This document shows, piece by piece, positions 55,703 to 64,000 of a stretch of DNA of 64,000 nt. How positions within the stretch are numbered: position 1 is the stretch's first letter; each line of letters begins with the position of its first letter. The DNA comes from an uncultured Gemmatimonadales bacterium (lineage in GTDB: Bacteria > Gemmatimonadota > Gemmatimonadetes > Gemmatimonadales > GWC2-71-9): assembly GCA_963817575.1 (NCBI GenBank), contig CAWFOY010000006.1, forward strand, positions 46,544 to 110,543, in the 5' to 3' direction. The position numbers and the translations under genes are program-made. The notes below the pieces were generated by a model. That model saw only the letters and a program-made list of their open reading frames with translations, did no database searches and was not told the origin of the DNA.

Positions 55703-57040
55703 TCAGGATTCTTCGGCGCGCGCCGCCCGCTGCCCCTCCGCGACGTCCACGAAGGCGAGCAGCACGGCGCCCACCACGAAGAACACCGCCACCGAGAGGA
55801 TCGCCGCGCGGCTGGATCCGCTCAGGGCGATCGCCACGGAGAAGAGCGCCGGGCCCAGTATTCCCGCGAATTTCTCGAACACCGCGAAGAATCCGAAGAA
55901 CTCCCCCGACATGTCCTTCGGGATCATGCTGGCGAAGAGCGACCGGCTCAGCGCCTGCGTCCCGCCCTGCACCATCCCGACCAGCACCGCCAGCGTCAGG
56001 AAATCGCGCTCATTCCGCATGAAGTAGCCCAGGACACTGATCCCGACGTAGACGGCGAGGCCGATGAAGATGGCCCGCTTGGCACTGATGCGCTTCGCGA
56101 GCCAGCCGAAGAGATAGGCGAACGGCACACCGACGAACTGCACCAGCAGGATCGAGCCGATCATCGCCGTCCGGCCGATGCCGATGTTCTCGCCGTAGAT
56201 CGCCGCCATCCTGATGATGGTCCCGATGCCGTCGTTGTAGATGAGGAAGGCGACGAGCAGCAGGAACGCCTGGCGGTAGCTGCGCAGCTTGCGGAAGGTG
56301 TGCGCCAGCCGCCGGAACGAGGCCCGGACGGAGCCGAGCCGCGCCTCCTCCGCGTCGAGCGGCCGGCCCGGCGGCTCGGGCACGTGGCGGAAGAGCGGAA
56401 TGCTGAAGCCGATCCACCATAGTGCCGTCAGCACGAAGGCGATGCGGGTCGGCAGCGAGGCCTGGTCGGGTGTCAGATCCGCGCCCGCGGGCAGCCCGAA
56501 CCGCGCCGGCGCCATGACGAGCGCCAGGCACAGGGCCAGGAAGAGCCCGCCGCCGAGATACCCGAGGGCGTAGCCGGCGGTCGAGATCTGATCCATCTCG
56601 TCCCGGTGCGCGACGTGCGGCAGGAGCGCGTCGTAGAACACGAAGCTGCCGTTCACGCCGATGTTGGCCACGACGAACAGCGCGGCCGCGAAGAGCCACT
56701 GGCCGTGATGGATGAGCGCCATCGCGCCGACGGCCGCCGCGCCCAGCGCCATGAAGCCCGCGAGAAGCCGCTTCTTGGATGCGGAGTGATCGGCGACGGC
56801 GCCGAGGATGGGGGCGAGCACGGCGATGAAGGCGAGGCCGATCGTGGTGGCGAGGCTGAATCGGTAGAGCGCCTGCTCCTTGGGCATCCCGTCCGCCGCG
56901 ACCGAGCTGAAGAAGATCGGGAAGATCGCGGTGACGATGACCACGTACATCGCGGAGTTGGCCCAGTCGTACAGCAGCCATCCGCGCACCGCCGGCCGGT
57001 CCAGGCCCAGCCGCCGTGCCCAGCCACTCCGTCCGCTCAT
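55703..57040 (-). CDS. MFS transporter, UMF1/Atg22-like family
   Basis: ATG 57040. It has RGWLLYDWANSAMYVVIVTAIFPIFF and about 12 TM segments. Confidence 0.75.
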   Translation of the reverse strand: MSGRSGWARRLGLDRPAVRGWLLYDWANSAMYVVIVTAIFPIFFSSVAADGMPKEQALYRFSLATTIGLAFIAVLAPILGAVADHSASKKRLLAGFMALGAAAVGAMALIHHGQWLFAAALFVVANIGVNGSFVFYDALLPHVAHRDEMDQISTAGYALGYLGGGLFLALCLALVMAPARFGLPAGADLTPDQASLPTRIAFVLTALWWIGFSIPLFRHVPEPPGRPLDAEEARLGSVRASFRRLAHTFRKLRSYRQAFLLLVAFLIYNDGIGTIIRMAAIYGENIGIGRTAMIGSILLVQFVGVPFAYLFGWLAKRISAKRAIFIGLAVYVGISVLGYFMRNERDFLTLAVLVGMVQGGTQALSRSLFASMIPKDMSGEFFGFFAVFEKFAGILGPALFSVAIALSGSSRAAILSVAVFFVVGAVLLAFVDVAEGQRAARAEES

Positions 57041-57831
57041 CGGGGCCTCCGGGGCGTGCCGTAGAACGCGGCGACGCGCGCCGCGAGCGCGCGCGGTGCC
57101 AATCGCGTGAGCCACGCGCCGGTGCGCGGCAACGGCCCCGAGATGACGTGGCTCCTGTTCCGCTCGTAGCCCCGGAGCCCGGAACGGGCCACGGCCTCGG
57201 CGGTCTGCATGATGGCCTTCGGGGGCACGGCCGTCACCCGGTTGGCCTCGAAGAAGCGGGTATCGACCGGCCCCGGGCAGAGGCAGCAGAAGCGGACACC
57301 GGTGCCCCGAAGCTCCGCGTGGATGCCTTCACTCCAGGTGAGGAGGTAGGCCTTGCTGGCCGCGTACACGGTGAGCCAGGGCATGCCCTGGAAGGCCGAC
57401 GTGGAGGCCACGTTGAGCACGCCACCTCGGCGGCGCTCCACCATCCCGGGCAGAAGGCGGAGAGCGAGCTCGGTCGCGGCACGCACGTTCAGGTCGATCA
57501 CGCCGAGCTGGGCCTCGGCGGCGACCTCGTGCGCCCGGCCGTGGGTGGAGAATCCCGCGTTGTTCACGAGGTGGTCCACGACGATGCCGCGGTGACGAAG
57601 CTCGCCGAGGAGGTCGGCCGCGGCGCCTGGAATGGTCAGATCGGCCGTGAGGGTGACGGCTTCCGCGCCGGCCGCCCGAGCACGGTTGGCCACTGCCGCG
57701 AGGCGCGGGACGTTCCGGCCGGTGAGCACCAGGCGCGCGCCCCGTGTGGCAAGCAGGTCGGAGAACGCGGCGCCGATTCCGCTGGATGCGCCGGTGATGA
57801 GGACCGTGGTGCCGCGGAACAGGTCGGCCAT
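57037..57831 (-). CDS. short-chain dehydrogenase/reductase
   Basis: VLITGASSGIGAA, NNAG and YAASKAYL. ATGA overlap with the downstream MFS gene. Confidence 0.85.
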   Translation of the reverse strand: MADLFRGTTVLITGASSGIGAAFSDLLATRGARLVLTGRNVPRLAAVANRARAAGAEAVTLTADLTIPGAAADLLGELRHRGIVVDHLVNNAGFSTHGRAHEVAAEAQLGVIDLNVRAATELALRLLPGMVERRRGGVLNVASTSAFQGMPWLTVYAASKAYLLTWSEGIHAELRGTGVRFCCLCPGPVDTRFFEANRVTAVPPKAIMQTAEAVARSGLRGYERNRSHVISGPLPRTGAWLTRLAPRALAARVAAFYGTPRRPR

Positions 57832-57844
57832 CGGGCGCCTCCGG

Positions 57845-58765
57845 TCAGAGGGCGGCGCGGGTCTTCCGGAGGGAGAGGATCACGGAGCCCACGAGGATCG
57901 TCACTACCACGCCGAGCGAGATGCCGATCGGCATGTGGAGCCAGCCGTTCAGCACCATCTTCAATCCGACAAAGATAAGAATGGTGGCGACGCCGGGCTT
58001 GAGGTACTCGAAGCGGTCCATCATGCTGGCCAGCACGAAGAACAGCGCGCGCAGGCCCAGGATCGCGAAGACGTTCGAGCTGTAGACGATGAACGGATCC
58101 CGGGTGACCGCGAAGATGGCCGGGATGCTGTCGATCGCGAAGACGAGGTCGGACCACTCGACCACCAGCAGGACGAGGAGGAGCGGCGTCGCCATCCACC
58201 CGGCACGGGTGTGGGTGAGGAACCGCTGGCCGTCGTAGGCGTCGCTCATCGGAATGAAGCGCCGCGCCAGCCGGACGATGGGGTTCCGCTCGGGCTCGAT
58301 GCGGTCGCCGGAACCGCGGAACATCCGGATGCCGGTGAGCACCAGGATCCCGCCGAACACGTAGATGATCCAGCCGAAGCGCTGGAGCAGCAGGGCACCC
58401 AGGGCGATCATCAGCCCGCGCATCAGCATGGCGCCCAGGATGCCCCACTTGAGGATGCGGGGCTGGAGCTCGGAAGGGACGGCGAAGTACTGGAAGATCA
58501 GGATGAAGACGAAGAGGTTGTCGACGCTGAGCGAGAGCTCGATCAGGTAGCCGGTGTAATACTCGAGCGCGGTCCGCGGGCCCTCCCGGGCCAGGAGGAA
58601 GAGCCCGAAGGCGAGCGCCAGCCCGATGAGCCCGGCGCTCCACGAGATGGCTTCCTTGAATGAAAGGACATGGGACCGCCGGTTGAGGACCCCGAGGTCC
58701 AGCACCAGCAGTCCGGCAATGAGCGCGGAGAACCCGAGCCAGACCGCGGGTTCGTGCGAGGGCAC
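57845..58765 (-). CDS. terC: TerC/Alx-family integral membrane protein
   Basis: VWLGFSALIAGLLVLDLGVLNRRSHVLSFKEAISWS and LSVDNLFVF are typical of TerC. Confidence 0.85.
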   Translation of the reverse strand: MPSHEPAVWLGFSALIAGLLVLDLGVLNRRSHVLSFKEAISWSAGLIGLALAFGLFLLAREGPRTALEYYTGYLIELSLSVDNLFVFILIFQYFAVPSELQPRILKWGILGAMLMRGLMIALGALLLQRFGWIIYVFGGILVLTGIRMFRGSGDRIEPERNPIVRLARRFIPMSDAYDGQRFLTHTRAGWMATPLLLVLLVVEWSDLVFAIDSIPAIFAVTRDPFIVYSSNVFAILGLRALFFVLASMMDRFEYLKPGVATILIFVGLKMVLNGWLHMPIGISLGVVVTILVGSVILSLRKTRAAL

Positions 58766-59599
58766 CTAGCGGCCCTGGGCCATCGCCTCGAGGGCTGCGA
58801 CCCGCGCCGCGATGGGCGGGTGCGTGCTGAAGAGTCCGGTGATGCCGCCGCTGTGGGCCGCGAGGGGGTTCACCTGGGCGAGCGGCGCGGCCGCGGGCGC
58901 CACGTTCATCGGGATCTGGTGGGCCAGGGCATCGAGCCGCGTGAGCGCGTGAGCCAGGGGCAGCGGGTGGCCGAGGATCTCGGCGCCCACCCGGTCGGCC
59001 TCGAACTCGCGCTGGCGCGAGATGGCGAACTGAATCAGCATCGCGGCGATGGGGCCGAGGATGATCATGCCGAGCGCGATGGCCGGATGGGGGGCGTCGT
59101 CATCTCCGCCGCCGAACATCAGCAGGTAGGGCAGGTTGGCGATGGCGCCCGCGAAGCCCGCCGCGATCGTCGAGATCAGCATGTCGCGATTCTTGATGTG
59201 TGCCAGCTCGTGGGCGATGACGCCCTCGAGCTCATCCTGCGGCAGGTACTTCATGATGCCGGTTGTGACGGCGACGACGGCGTGCTCCGGGCTCCGCCCG
59301 GTGGCGAACGCATTGGGCTGCTCGTGCGGGGCCACGGCCACGACCGGCATCGGGAGCCCGGCCCGCCGGCGGAGGCGATCCACCAGGGCGTAGAGCTCGG
59401 GCGCCTGCTCCGGCGTGACGACCTTGGCGCGGTACATCCGGAGCACCAGCTTGTCCGACCAGAAGTACATGATGAAGTTCATCGCGCTGCCCAGCACAAG
59501 CGCCAGGACGAGCCCCTGGGAGCCGCCCAGCAACTGGCCGACCGCGAGGAAGAGGCCCATCAAACCGGCCATCAGCACGAATGTCTTGACGTTGTTCAT
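58766..59599 (-). CDS. htpX: M48-family zinc protease HtpX
   Basis: ATG 59599 follows ggagg. It has MNNVKTFVLMAGLMGLF..., NAFATG and HELAHIKNRD (HExxH). The track ORF extends to 59761. Confidence 0.9.
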   Translation of the reverse strand: MNNVKTFVLMAGLMGLFLAVGQLLGGSQGLVLALVLGSAMNFIMYFWSDKLVLRMYRAKVVTPEQAPELYALVDRLRRRAGLPMPVVAVAPHEQPNAFATGRSPEHAVVAVTTGIMKYLPQDELEGVIAHELAHIKNRDMLISTIAAGFAGAIANLPYLLMFGGGDDDAPHPAIALGMIILGPIAAMLIQFAISRQREFEADRVGAEILGHPLPLAHALTRLDALAHQIPMNVAPAAAPLAQVNPLAAHSGGITGLFSTHPPIAARVAALEAMAQGR

Positions 59600-59824
59600 C
59601 TGCTCCTCCAAAAGGACTGCCCAAGCGAAAGCGAGACCTCCGTCCCTACGCCTGGCAGCGTGGACGAAGGTCTCGCTCTGAGGGCGGGGGTCTGACCCCG
59701 ACTTCCCGGCTGGACCGTGCCCGCCAGAGCGGACAGTCTTGACGATCCGGCCGTCCGCCATCCGGCGGACGAGCTACTCCCCTTCAGTTGGGGTGAAAGC
59801 TAGGTGCGGTGAGGGGGGCAAGCA

Positions 59825-59856
59825 AGTCGGACAGACGGACAGGCGGAAGCGACGGA
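59825..59856 (+). repeat. octamer G-rich repeat (agtcggac agacggac aggcggaa gcgacgga)
   Basis: 8-nt periodicity read directly. Same family as 16704-16743. Confidence 0.6.
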
Positions 59857-60005
59857 AAAAACGGAAGGGGCGGAGCGAGGAGCTCCCGGCGTCGCGTTTG
59901 CACGTAGCTGAAGCCACGGCTCGGCTGCTGTCGCTGAAGCGACTTGATCGGCGCGTCCCTGCAGGGACATCGGCCGAGTCGCGGCTTTGAGCCGCGAGTC
60001 GGTGA

Positions 60006-61256
60006 TCAGAACCCGGGCTCCCCCGCGAACACCGGATCCTGCAACCGGATCGCCTGCACCGTCGCACCAGCCTGCGTCTCGAACTGCCCCTCGGGAATAA
60101 TCAGCAGCGCGTTGGCCAGCACCATCGAAGTCAGGATGCCGGAGCCCTGCGGCCCCGTGAGCCGCGCCTCGAGACCTTCCGCCGTTTCCGTTACGATGCC
60201 GCGCAGGAAATGCTGCAGCTTGGGCTTCAACGTCACCTTCTCCGCCATCCGCACCGGGACGCTCCGCCGGAATGGAAGCCGGTGGCCGGCCATCGCACGG
60301 ATCGCCGGCCGCACGAACAGCTCGAACGTCACCATCGTGCTCACCGGATTCCCCGGGAGTCCGATCCACGGCACCGCCCCCAGCATCCCGAAGCCGACCG
60401 GCGCCCCCGGCCGCATTCGGAGCTTCCAGAACCTGAGCTCCCCGCCCAGCTCCTCCAGCACCGCGCGCACGTGGTCGTGCTCCCCGACGCTGATCCCCGC
60501 CGTGGTCACCAGCAGGTCGCAGTCCGCGCCGCGCGCGAAATGCGCGCGCAGGCTCTCCGGCGTGTCCAGGGCGATCCCCAGGTTGACGGGCTCGCCGCCG
60601 GCCTCGCGCACCAGCGCGGTGAGTGTATGCGTGTTCGAGCTCGCGATCTTCTTTCCGCTCAGGATGAGATCGGGCTGGTCCACATCCACGATCTCGTCCC
60701 CGCTCGCCATGATCCCGACGCGCGGTCTCCGATAGACGACGGGGTGCGCCACCGCGATCGACGCCAGCACGCCCAGTTCCGCCGGTCCGATCGCGGTCCC
60801 CTCGGCGAGCACCCGCGTGCCCTTCCGGATGTCTTCGCCCGTGACGCGAAAGTTGACCCCCACATCGCGATCGCTCGTGATGGTCACGATCGCGGTGCCG
60901 AAGTCGGTGTCCTCCTGGCGGATCACGCTGTCCGCCCCGGCGGGGAGCGGCGCGCCCGTGTAGATCCGCGCGCATTCACCTTCGCCGATCGGGCGGGTCG
61001 GAAACGCCCCCGCCGGGATCTGTTCCACCACCCGGAGCCGCATCGGACGCTCGGCGCTCGCCCCGCGCACGTCGGCGCCGCGCGTGGCGTAGCCGTCCAT
61101 CGCGGAGTTGGTCCAGGCGGGAATATCGATCGGGCTGGTGACGTCTTCGGCCAGGACGGAGCCGACGGCGTCGTCGAGCGGGATGCGGAGCGCGGGCTGC
61201 CGCGTGATGTCCGCGAGGATGCGAAGCGCGGCCTCGCGCGCCGCGAGCGCGGTCAC
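60006..61256 (-). CDS. moeA: molybdopterin molybdenumtransferase MoeA
   Basis: GTG 61256 (GTGA overlap with mobB). It has IPAWTNSAMDGYA, TGAPLP and the MoCF domain GDEI...TTAGISVGEHD. The track ORF extends to 61379. Confidence 0.9.
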   Translation of the reverse strand: MTALAAREAALRILADITRQPALRIPLDDAVGSVLAEDVTSPIDIPAWTNSAMDGYATRGADVRGASAERPMRLRVVEQIPAGAFPTRPIGEGECARIYTGAPLPAGADSVIRQEDTDFGTAIVTITSDRDVGVNFRVTGEDIRKGTRVLAEGTAIGPAELGVLASIAVAHPVVYRRPRVGIMASGDEIVDVDQPDLILSGKKIASSNTHTLTALVREAGGEPVNLGIALDTPESLRAHFARGADCDLLVTTAGISVGEHDHVRAVLEELGGELRFWKLRMRPGAPVGFGMLGAVPWIGLPGNPVSTMVTFELFVRPAIRAMAGHRLPFRRSVPVRMAEKVTLKPKLQHFLRGIVTETAEGLEARLTGPQGSGILTSMVLANALLIIPEGQFETQAGATVQAIRLQDPVFAGEPGF

Positions 61257-61783
61257 GGCCCCAGAACCTTGGCGCCGTCCCAGGCGATATTGGCGAGGAG
61301 CTGCAGCCACATGGTGTCCCGGAAGCGGAGCACCCGGCAGTTGGCCTTGATGTCGTCGTCGGTCACGATTGCGAGCCACTGGTCGGCGTTCGGCGCGGCC
61401 ACATCGTAAATCGGCCCGCCGCCCACGGACTTGCGATACACCTCGATCTTGGGCAGTGGCGACGCCTTGAAGCCCTCGACGAGGATGATGTCAGCGCCGT
61501 CCAGGTACTGCCGGGCGAGCGCCATCGGATCCTGGTCGTCGGGCGAGCGCTCGAACACCGCGCGAATGTCGGGCGAGGCGATCAGTACCCGCTCCGCCTT
61601 GCCCTCATGAAAATGGCGGTACGTATCCGTGCCGGGAGTATCGACGGAGGCGGGATGGGCGGCGTGCTTGATCGTCATCACGCGCTTCTTCCGCCGGGTG
61701 AATTCCGCGGCCAGCGCCACCACCAGGGTCGTCTTGCCGGCGTCCTTCCGGCCAATCACCGAGAAGATGCGAGATGCTGCCAC
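61253..61783 (-). CDS. mobB: molybdopterin-guanine dinucleotide biosynthesis adapter protein MobB
   Basis: GTG 61783. It has IFSVIGRKDAGKTTLVVAL (P-loop) and ILVEGFK. The start choice is inferred. Confidence 0.75.
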   Translation of the reverse strand: MAASRIFSVIGRKDAGKTTLVVALAAEFTRRKKRVMTIKHAAHPASVDTPGTDTYRHFHEGKAERVLIASPDIRAVFERSPDDQDPMALARQYLDGADIILVEGFKASPLPKIEVYRKSVGGGPIYDVAAPNADQWLAIVTDDDIKANCRVLRFRDTMWLQLLANIAWDGAKVLGP

Positions 61784-62424
61784 AGGGCGTCCGCCTGGAT
61801 GAGGTCGTCGGGAGTGTTGATGTTGAAGAACAGGGCTGCCGGATCGCCGAAGGCGGCCACGGACTCCGGAGGGAGGATACAGGTCCGAACGGCCGGGTGG
61901 AAGGAGATCGCCCGGAGGTCGCCCCGGGCGATGGCCTCCTCCATCGGGCGGCGGCATGCCGGCCCGTAGCCCGCGCACATCGGCTCGACTCCGCGCCGGC
62001 CCCCACTGGCGGGGAGAACGGCATCCGCTTCCCCGAGGCCGCGCGCCAGCGCCGCAATCAGCCCCGCCGGCACGAAAGGCATGTCCCAGGCGACACACAC
62101 CACTGGGCGGGCCTCGTATGCCACCGCCGCGTGCAGGCCGCCGAGGGCGCCGGCCCCGGAAATGGTATCGGAAATGACGGTCAGGTCCGCCCGCCACTGG
62201 GCGGCGCCGGGATCGTTGGCGATGAGGAGGGGGAGCTCGCCGAGCGCCGTCCGGAACGCATCCACCAGCCGGTCGAGAATGCGAACGCCACCGACCAGTT
62301 CGAGCCCCTTGGGCCGCCCGCCGTAGCGGGTCGCGCCGCCGCCGGCGAGGATCGCCCCGCGGACGGGCGGGCCCGCTTCAGTACCGCCGTCCGCGCTTCT
62401 TTTCGAGGACGACGTCGAAGCCAA
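61756..62424 (-). CDS. mobA: molybdenum cofactor guanylyltransferase MobA
   Basis: GAILAGGGATRYGG.PKGL and WDMPF. It overlaps mobB by 28 nt. Confidence 0.8.
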   Translation of the reverse strand: MASTSSSKRSADGGTEAGPPVRGAILAGGGATRYGGRPKGLELVGGVRILDRLVDAFRTALGELPLLIANDPGAAQWRADLTVISDTISGAGALGGLHAAVAYEARPVVCVAWDMPFVPAGLIAALARGLGEADAVLPASGGRRGVEPMCAGYGPACRRPMEEAIARGDLRAISFHPAVRTCILPPESVAAFGDPAALFFNINTPDDLIQADALWQHLASSR

Positions 62425-63163
62425 TCAGCACGCTCCAGAGGTGGTGGTACTCGGTATCGACCTCGGGATGGAGATCGCCGGCAATCGTCGGGCCGGCCAC
62501 CGTGTTCAGGCCGACATAATTGTCGCGCACTTCCATGCGAAGCTGGTAACCCTTGCCGATCGCAGCGGTCGCGCCCCCGCCGAGTACGAGGCCCGCGGTG
62601 ATCCGGGTGCTCTTCTCGTCGTCGTAGACCGGGACGATATCGCCGCCCGGAATGGTGCCCTCCGTCCGGATGGTGCTCAGGTTGCTGAACAGCGCCCCGA
62701 CTTGGAGCCGGAGATACGGCGAAATCCGGTTGTGACCCCAGGCGCGGAACACAGGCCCCACGGAAAGCAGCACGGCGGACGAGGATTTCTCGTGTCCATC
62801 GATGTCCGCACACACGTCCGTGATGCGCTGGCTCGGGACGGACGAGGTGACCATGCACTGGTCCTGGACGCCGATCCCGAGGAAGAACGCCTCTCCCGCG
62901 ATGCCGAAGTTGTCCTTGGGGAAGTAGATCCCACCGAACAGCACGCCGACCGACCCGCCCGCATCGCGATTGATGCTCACCGAATCGGAGCCAATGTCGG
63001 GGCGGAGAAGCGGCTGGTCTGCCACCGACCAGAGATCGGTGCTGCCGGTGTAGCCGAGCCCCACGGTGAACACGAGCGTGGCCTGGTCCGCCGTGGCCTG
63101 CGCGAACGCCGGCGCCGAAAGGAACAGCATTCCTAAGAGGCCTGCCAGCGGTCGCTCGAGCAT
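62378..63163 (-). CDS. outer-membrane beta-barrel protein of unknown function
   Basis: ATG 63163 (MLERPLAGLLGMLFLSAPAFAQA signal peptide). Alternating-hydrophobicity strands. Embedded within the Moco gene string. Confidence 0.55.
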   Translation of the reverse strand: MLERPLAGLLGMLFLSAPAFAQATADQATLVFTVGLGYTGSTDLWSVADQPLLRPDIGSDSVSINRDAGGSVGVLFGGIYFPKDNFGIAGEAFFLGIGVQDQCMVTSSVPSQRITDVCADIDGHEKSSSAVLLSVGPVFRAWGHNRISPYLRLQVGALFSNLSTIRTEGTIPGGDIVPVYDDEKSTRITAGLVLGGGATAAIGKGYQLRMEVRDNYVGLNTVAGPTIAGDLHPEVDTEYHHLWSVLIGFDVVLEKKRGRRY

Positions 63164-63579
63164 CACGCCCTCAGCCATTGATGGTCCACCGCGAGGCACC
63201 GGTTCACCACCACGTCGATCCCTGCCTCCTCGAGTCGTCGTACCGTCTCCGGATGATCGATCCCGAGCTGCAGCCAGACCAGTCGCGGCCGGACCGCGAG
63301 GAGGTCGTCCAGCAGGGCGGGGATGTACTCGGAGCGGCGGAAAATGTCGACGATGTCGAGCGGCCCGGCGGCGGCGGCCGACCGGAGATCGGGGTGCACT
63401 GTTTGCCCCAAGGTGACGCCCGGGACGGGGTGGACAGGCACAATCTCGTACCCGACCCCCTGCAGGTATGCCGCGACCCGGTGGCTGGGGCGGTCCGGCT
63501 TGCGGCTGAGCCCCACCACCGCGATCCGGTGGCTCTGGATCAGGTGCTGCCGGATCTGATCCTCGGAGAGTTCGCTCAC
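63163..63579 (-). CDS. CoA-binding domain protein (YccU/YneT-like)
   Basis: IAVVGLSRKPDRPSHRVAAYLQGVGYEIVPVHP is typical of the CoA_binding_2 family. Confidence 0.75.
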   Translation of the reverse strand: MSELSEDQIRQHLIQSHRIAVVGLSRKPDRPSHRVAAYLQGVGYEIVPVHPVPGVTLGQTVHPDLRSAAAAGPLDIVDIFRRSEYIPALLDDLLAVRPRLVWLQLGIDHPETVRRLEEAGIDVVVNRCLAVDHQWLRA

Positions 63580-64000
63580 CGGACCTTCTCGGGTAGGTGA
63601 AGATGCGGACTCCCGCTTACCGCGCGCCCCACCAGCACCATTCCCGTGCGGCGTCCGATCTCGACCGCGAGCGTGGAGGGCACCGATGGCGTGGCGACGT
63701 ACGTCAGCCCGGCGCGGCCGGCCTTGAACGCCAGCTCCGCCGAAATCCGCCCGGTGACCAGCAGGCCCAATCCGGCCACCGGCTTCCGCGCGAGCAGCGC
63801 GGCGCCGAGCACCTTGTCCACCGCATTGTGGCGGCCGATGTCCTCCGCATGGAAGAGGAGGGATGTGCCATCGGTGAGCGCCGCGGCGTGCACCCCGCCG
63901 GTCTCCTGGTAGTGCTCGCCCTCGTGGAACAGTGCCTTGAAGAGCACGCGGAGCTGCTCCACCGGCGGCGGCATCCCCCGCGCCGGCTCCGTTGGCACCA
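63576..64000 (-). CDS. fdhD: formate dehydrogenase accessory sulfurtransferase FdhD, 3' part (gene continues beyond the window)
   Basis: GGVHAAAL...AEDIGRHNAVDKVLG...LLVTGRISAELAFKAGRAGL is the FdhD signature. Confidence 0.85.
   Translation of the reverse strand, partial: VPTEPARGMPPPVEQLRVLFKALFHEGEHYQETGGVHAAALTDGTSLLFHAEDIGRHNAVDKVLGAALLARKPVAGLGLLVTGRISAELAFKAGRAGLTYVATPSVPSTLAVEIGRRTGMVLVGRAVSGSPHLHLPEKVR

Noticed and set aside
58760-58770. A yybP-ykoY (Mn2+) riboswitch upstream of terC.
   Set aside because: The htpX stop (58766) directly abuts the terC start (58765), so there is no leader in which a riboswitch could sit.

Overview
High-GC bacterial chromosomal segment; hand-counted 60-nt lines in housekeeping genes are about 70-78% GC. 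It is densely packed with about 65 protein genes, many translationally coupled by ATGA, GTGA or TGATG overlaps. Lipobox lipoproteins, beta-barrel outer-membrane proteins and an Omp85-type barrel indicate a diderm organism. A Gemmatimonadota-like lineage is only a guess; no search was possible.

Recognisable housekeeping content:
- xerC(3' end)-hslV-hslU
- argF, gcvT, mog
- a sigma54 enhancer-binding protein
- an F0 plus delta ATP-synthase operon (atpZ/I-like, atpI, atpB, atpE, atpF, atpH) without the F1 genes
- cstA-ybdD
- icd
- gcdH-etfB-etfA and an ETF-ubiquinone oxidoreductase broken by a 1-nt frameshift
- nadB-nadA-nadC
- htpX-terC
- a molybdenum-cofactor cluster (fdhD 3' end, mobA, mobB, moeA)

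Notable non-housekeeping content:
1. A c-di-GMP module. It has a diguanylate cyclase whose sensor is a cysteine-depleted [FeFe]-hydrogenase-like scaffold with Fe-S motifs, an unknown two-domain protein, and a membrane HD-GYP phosphodiesterase.
2. A lower-GC stretch (about 10.4-18 kb) carrying a 1126-aa wHTH-BTAD/STAND-ATPase/TPR protein and three orphan lipoproteins.
3. A REP-associated tyrosine transposase (RAYT) bracketed by inverted REP hairpins, with two more REP copies 6-7 kb upstream of it.
4. An M1 zinc aminopeptidase fused to an Omp85-type outer-membrane barrel.
5. Several short tandem repeats in intergenic DNA. These are an octamer G-rich family (one copy is a canonical G-quadruplex motif) and a heptamer array with inverted copies upstream of nadB.
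6. Two apparent frameshifts, in a SnoaL-like paralog and in ETF-QO.

I saw no rRNA, tRNA, CRISPR array, prophage or canonical defence system. Many long ORFs in the track are GC-driven antisense shadows of real genes and are not reported. All family calls rest on motif recognition by eye and need HMM or BLAST confirmation.
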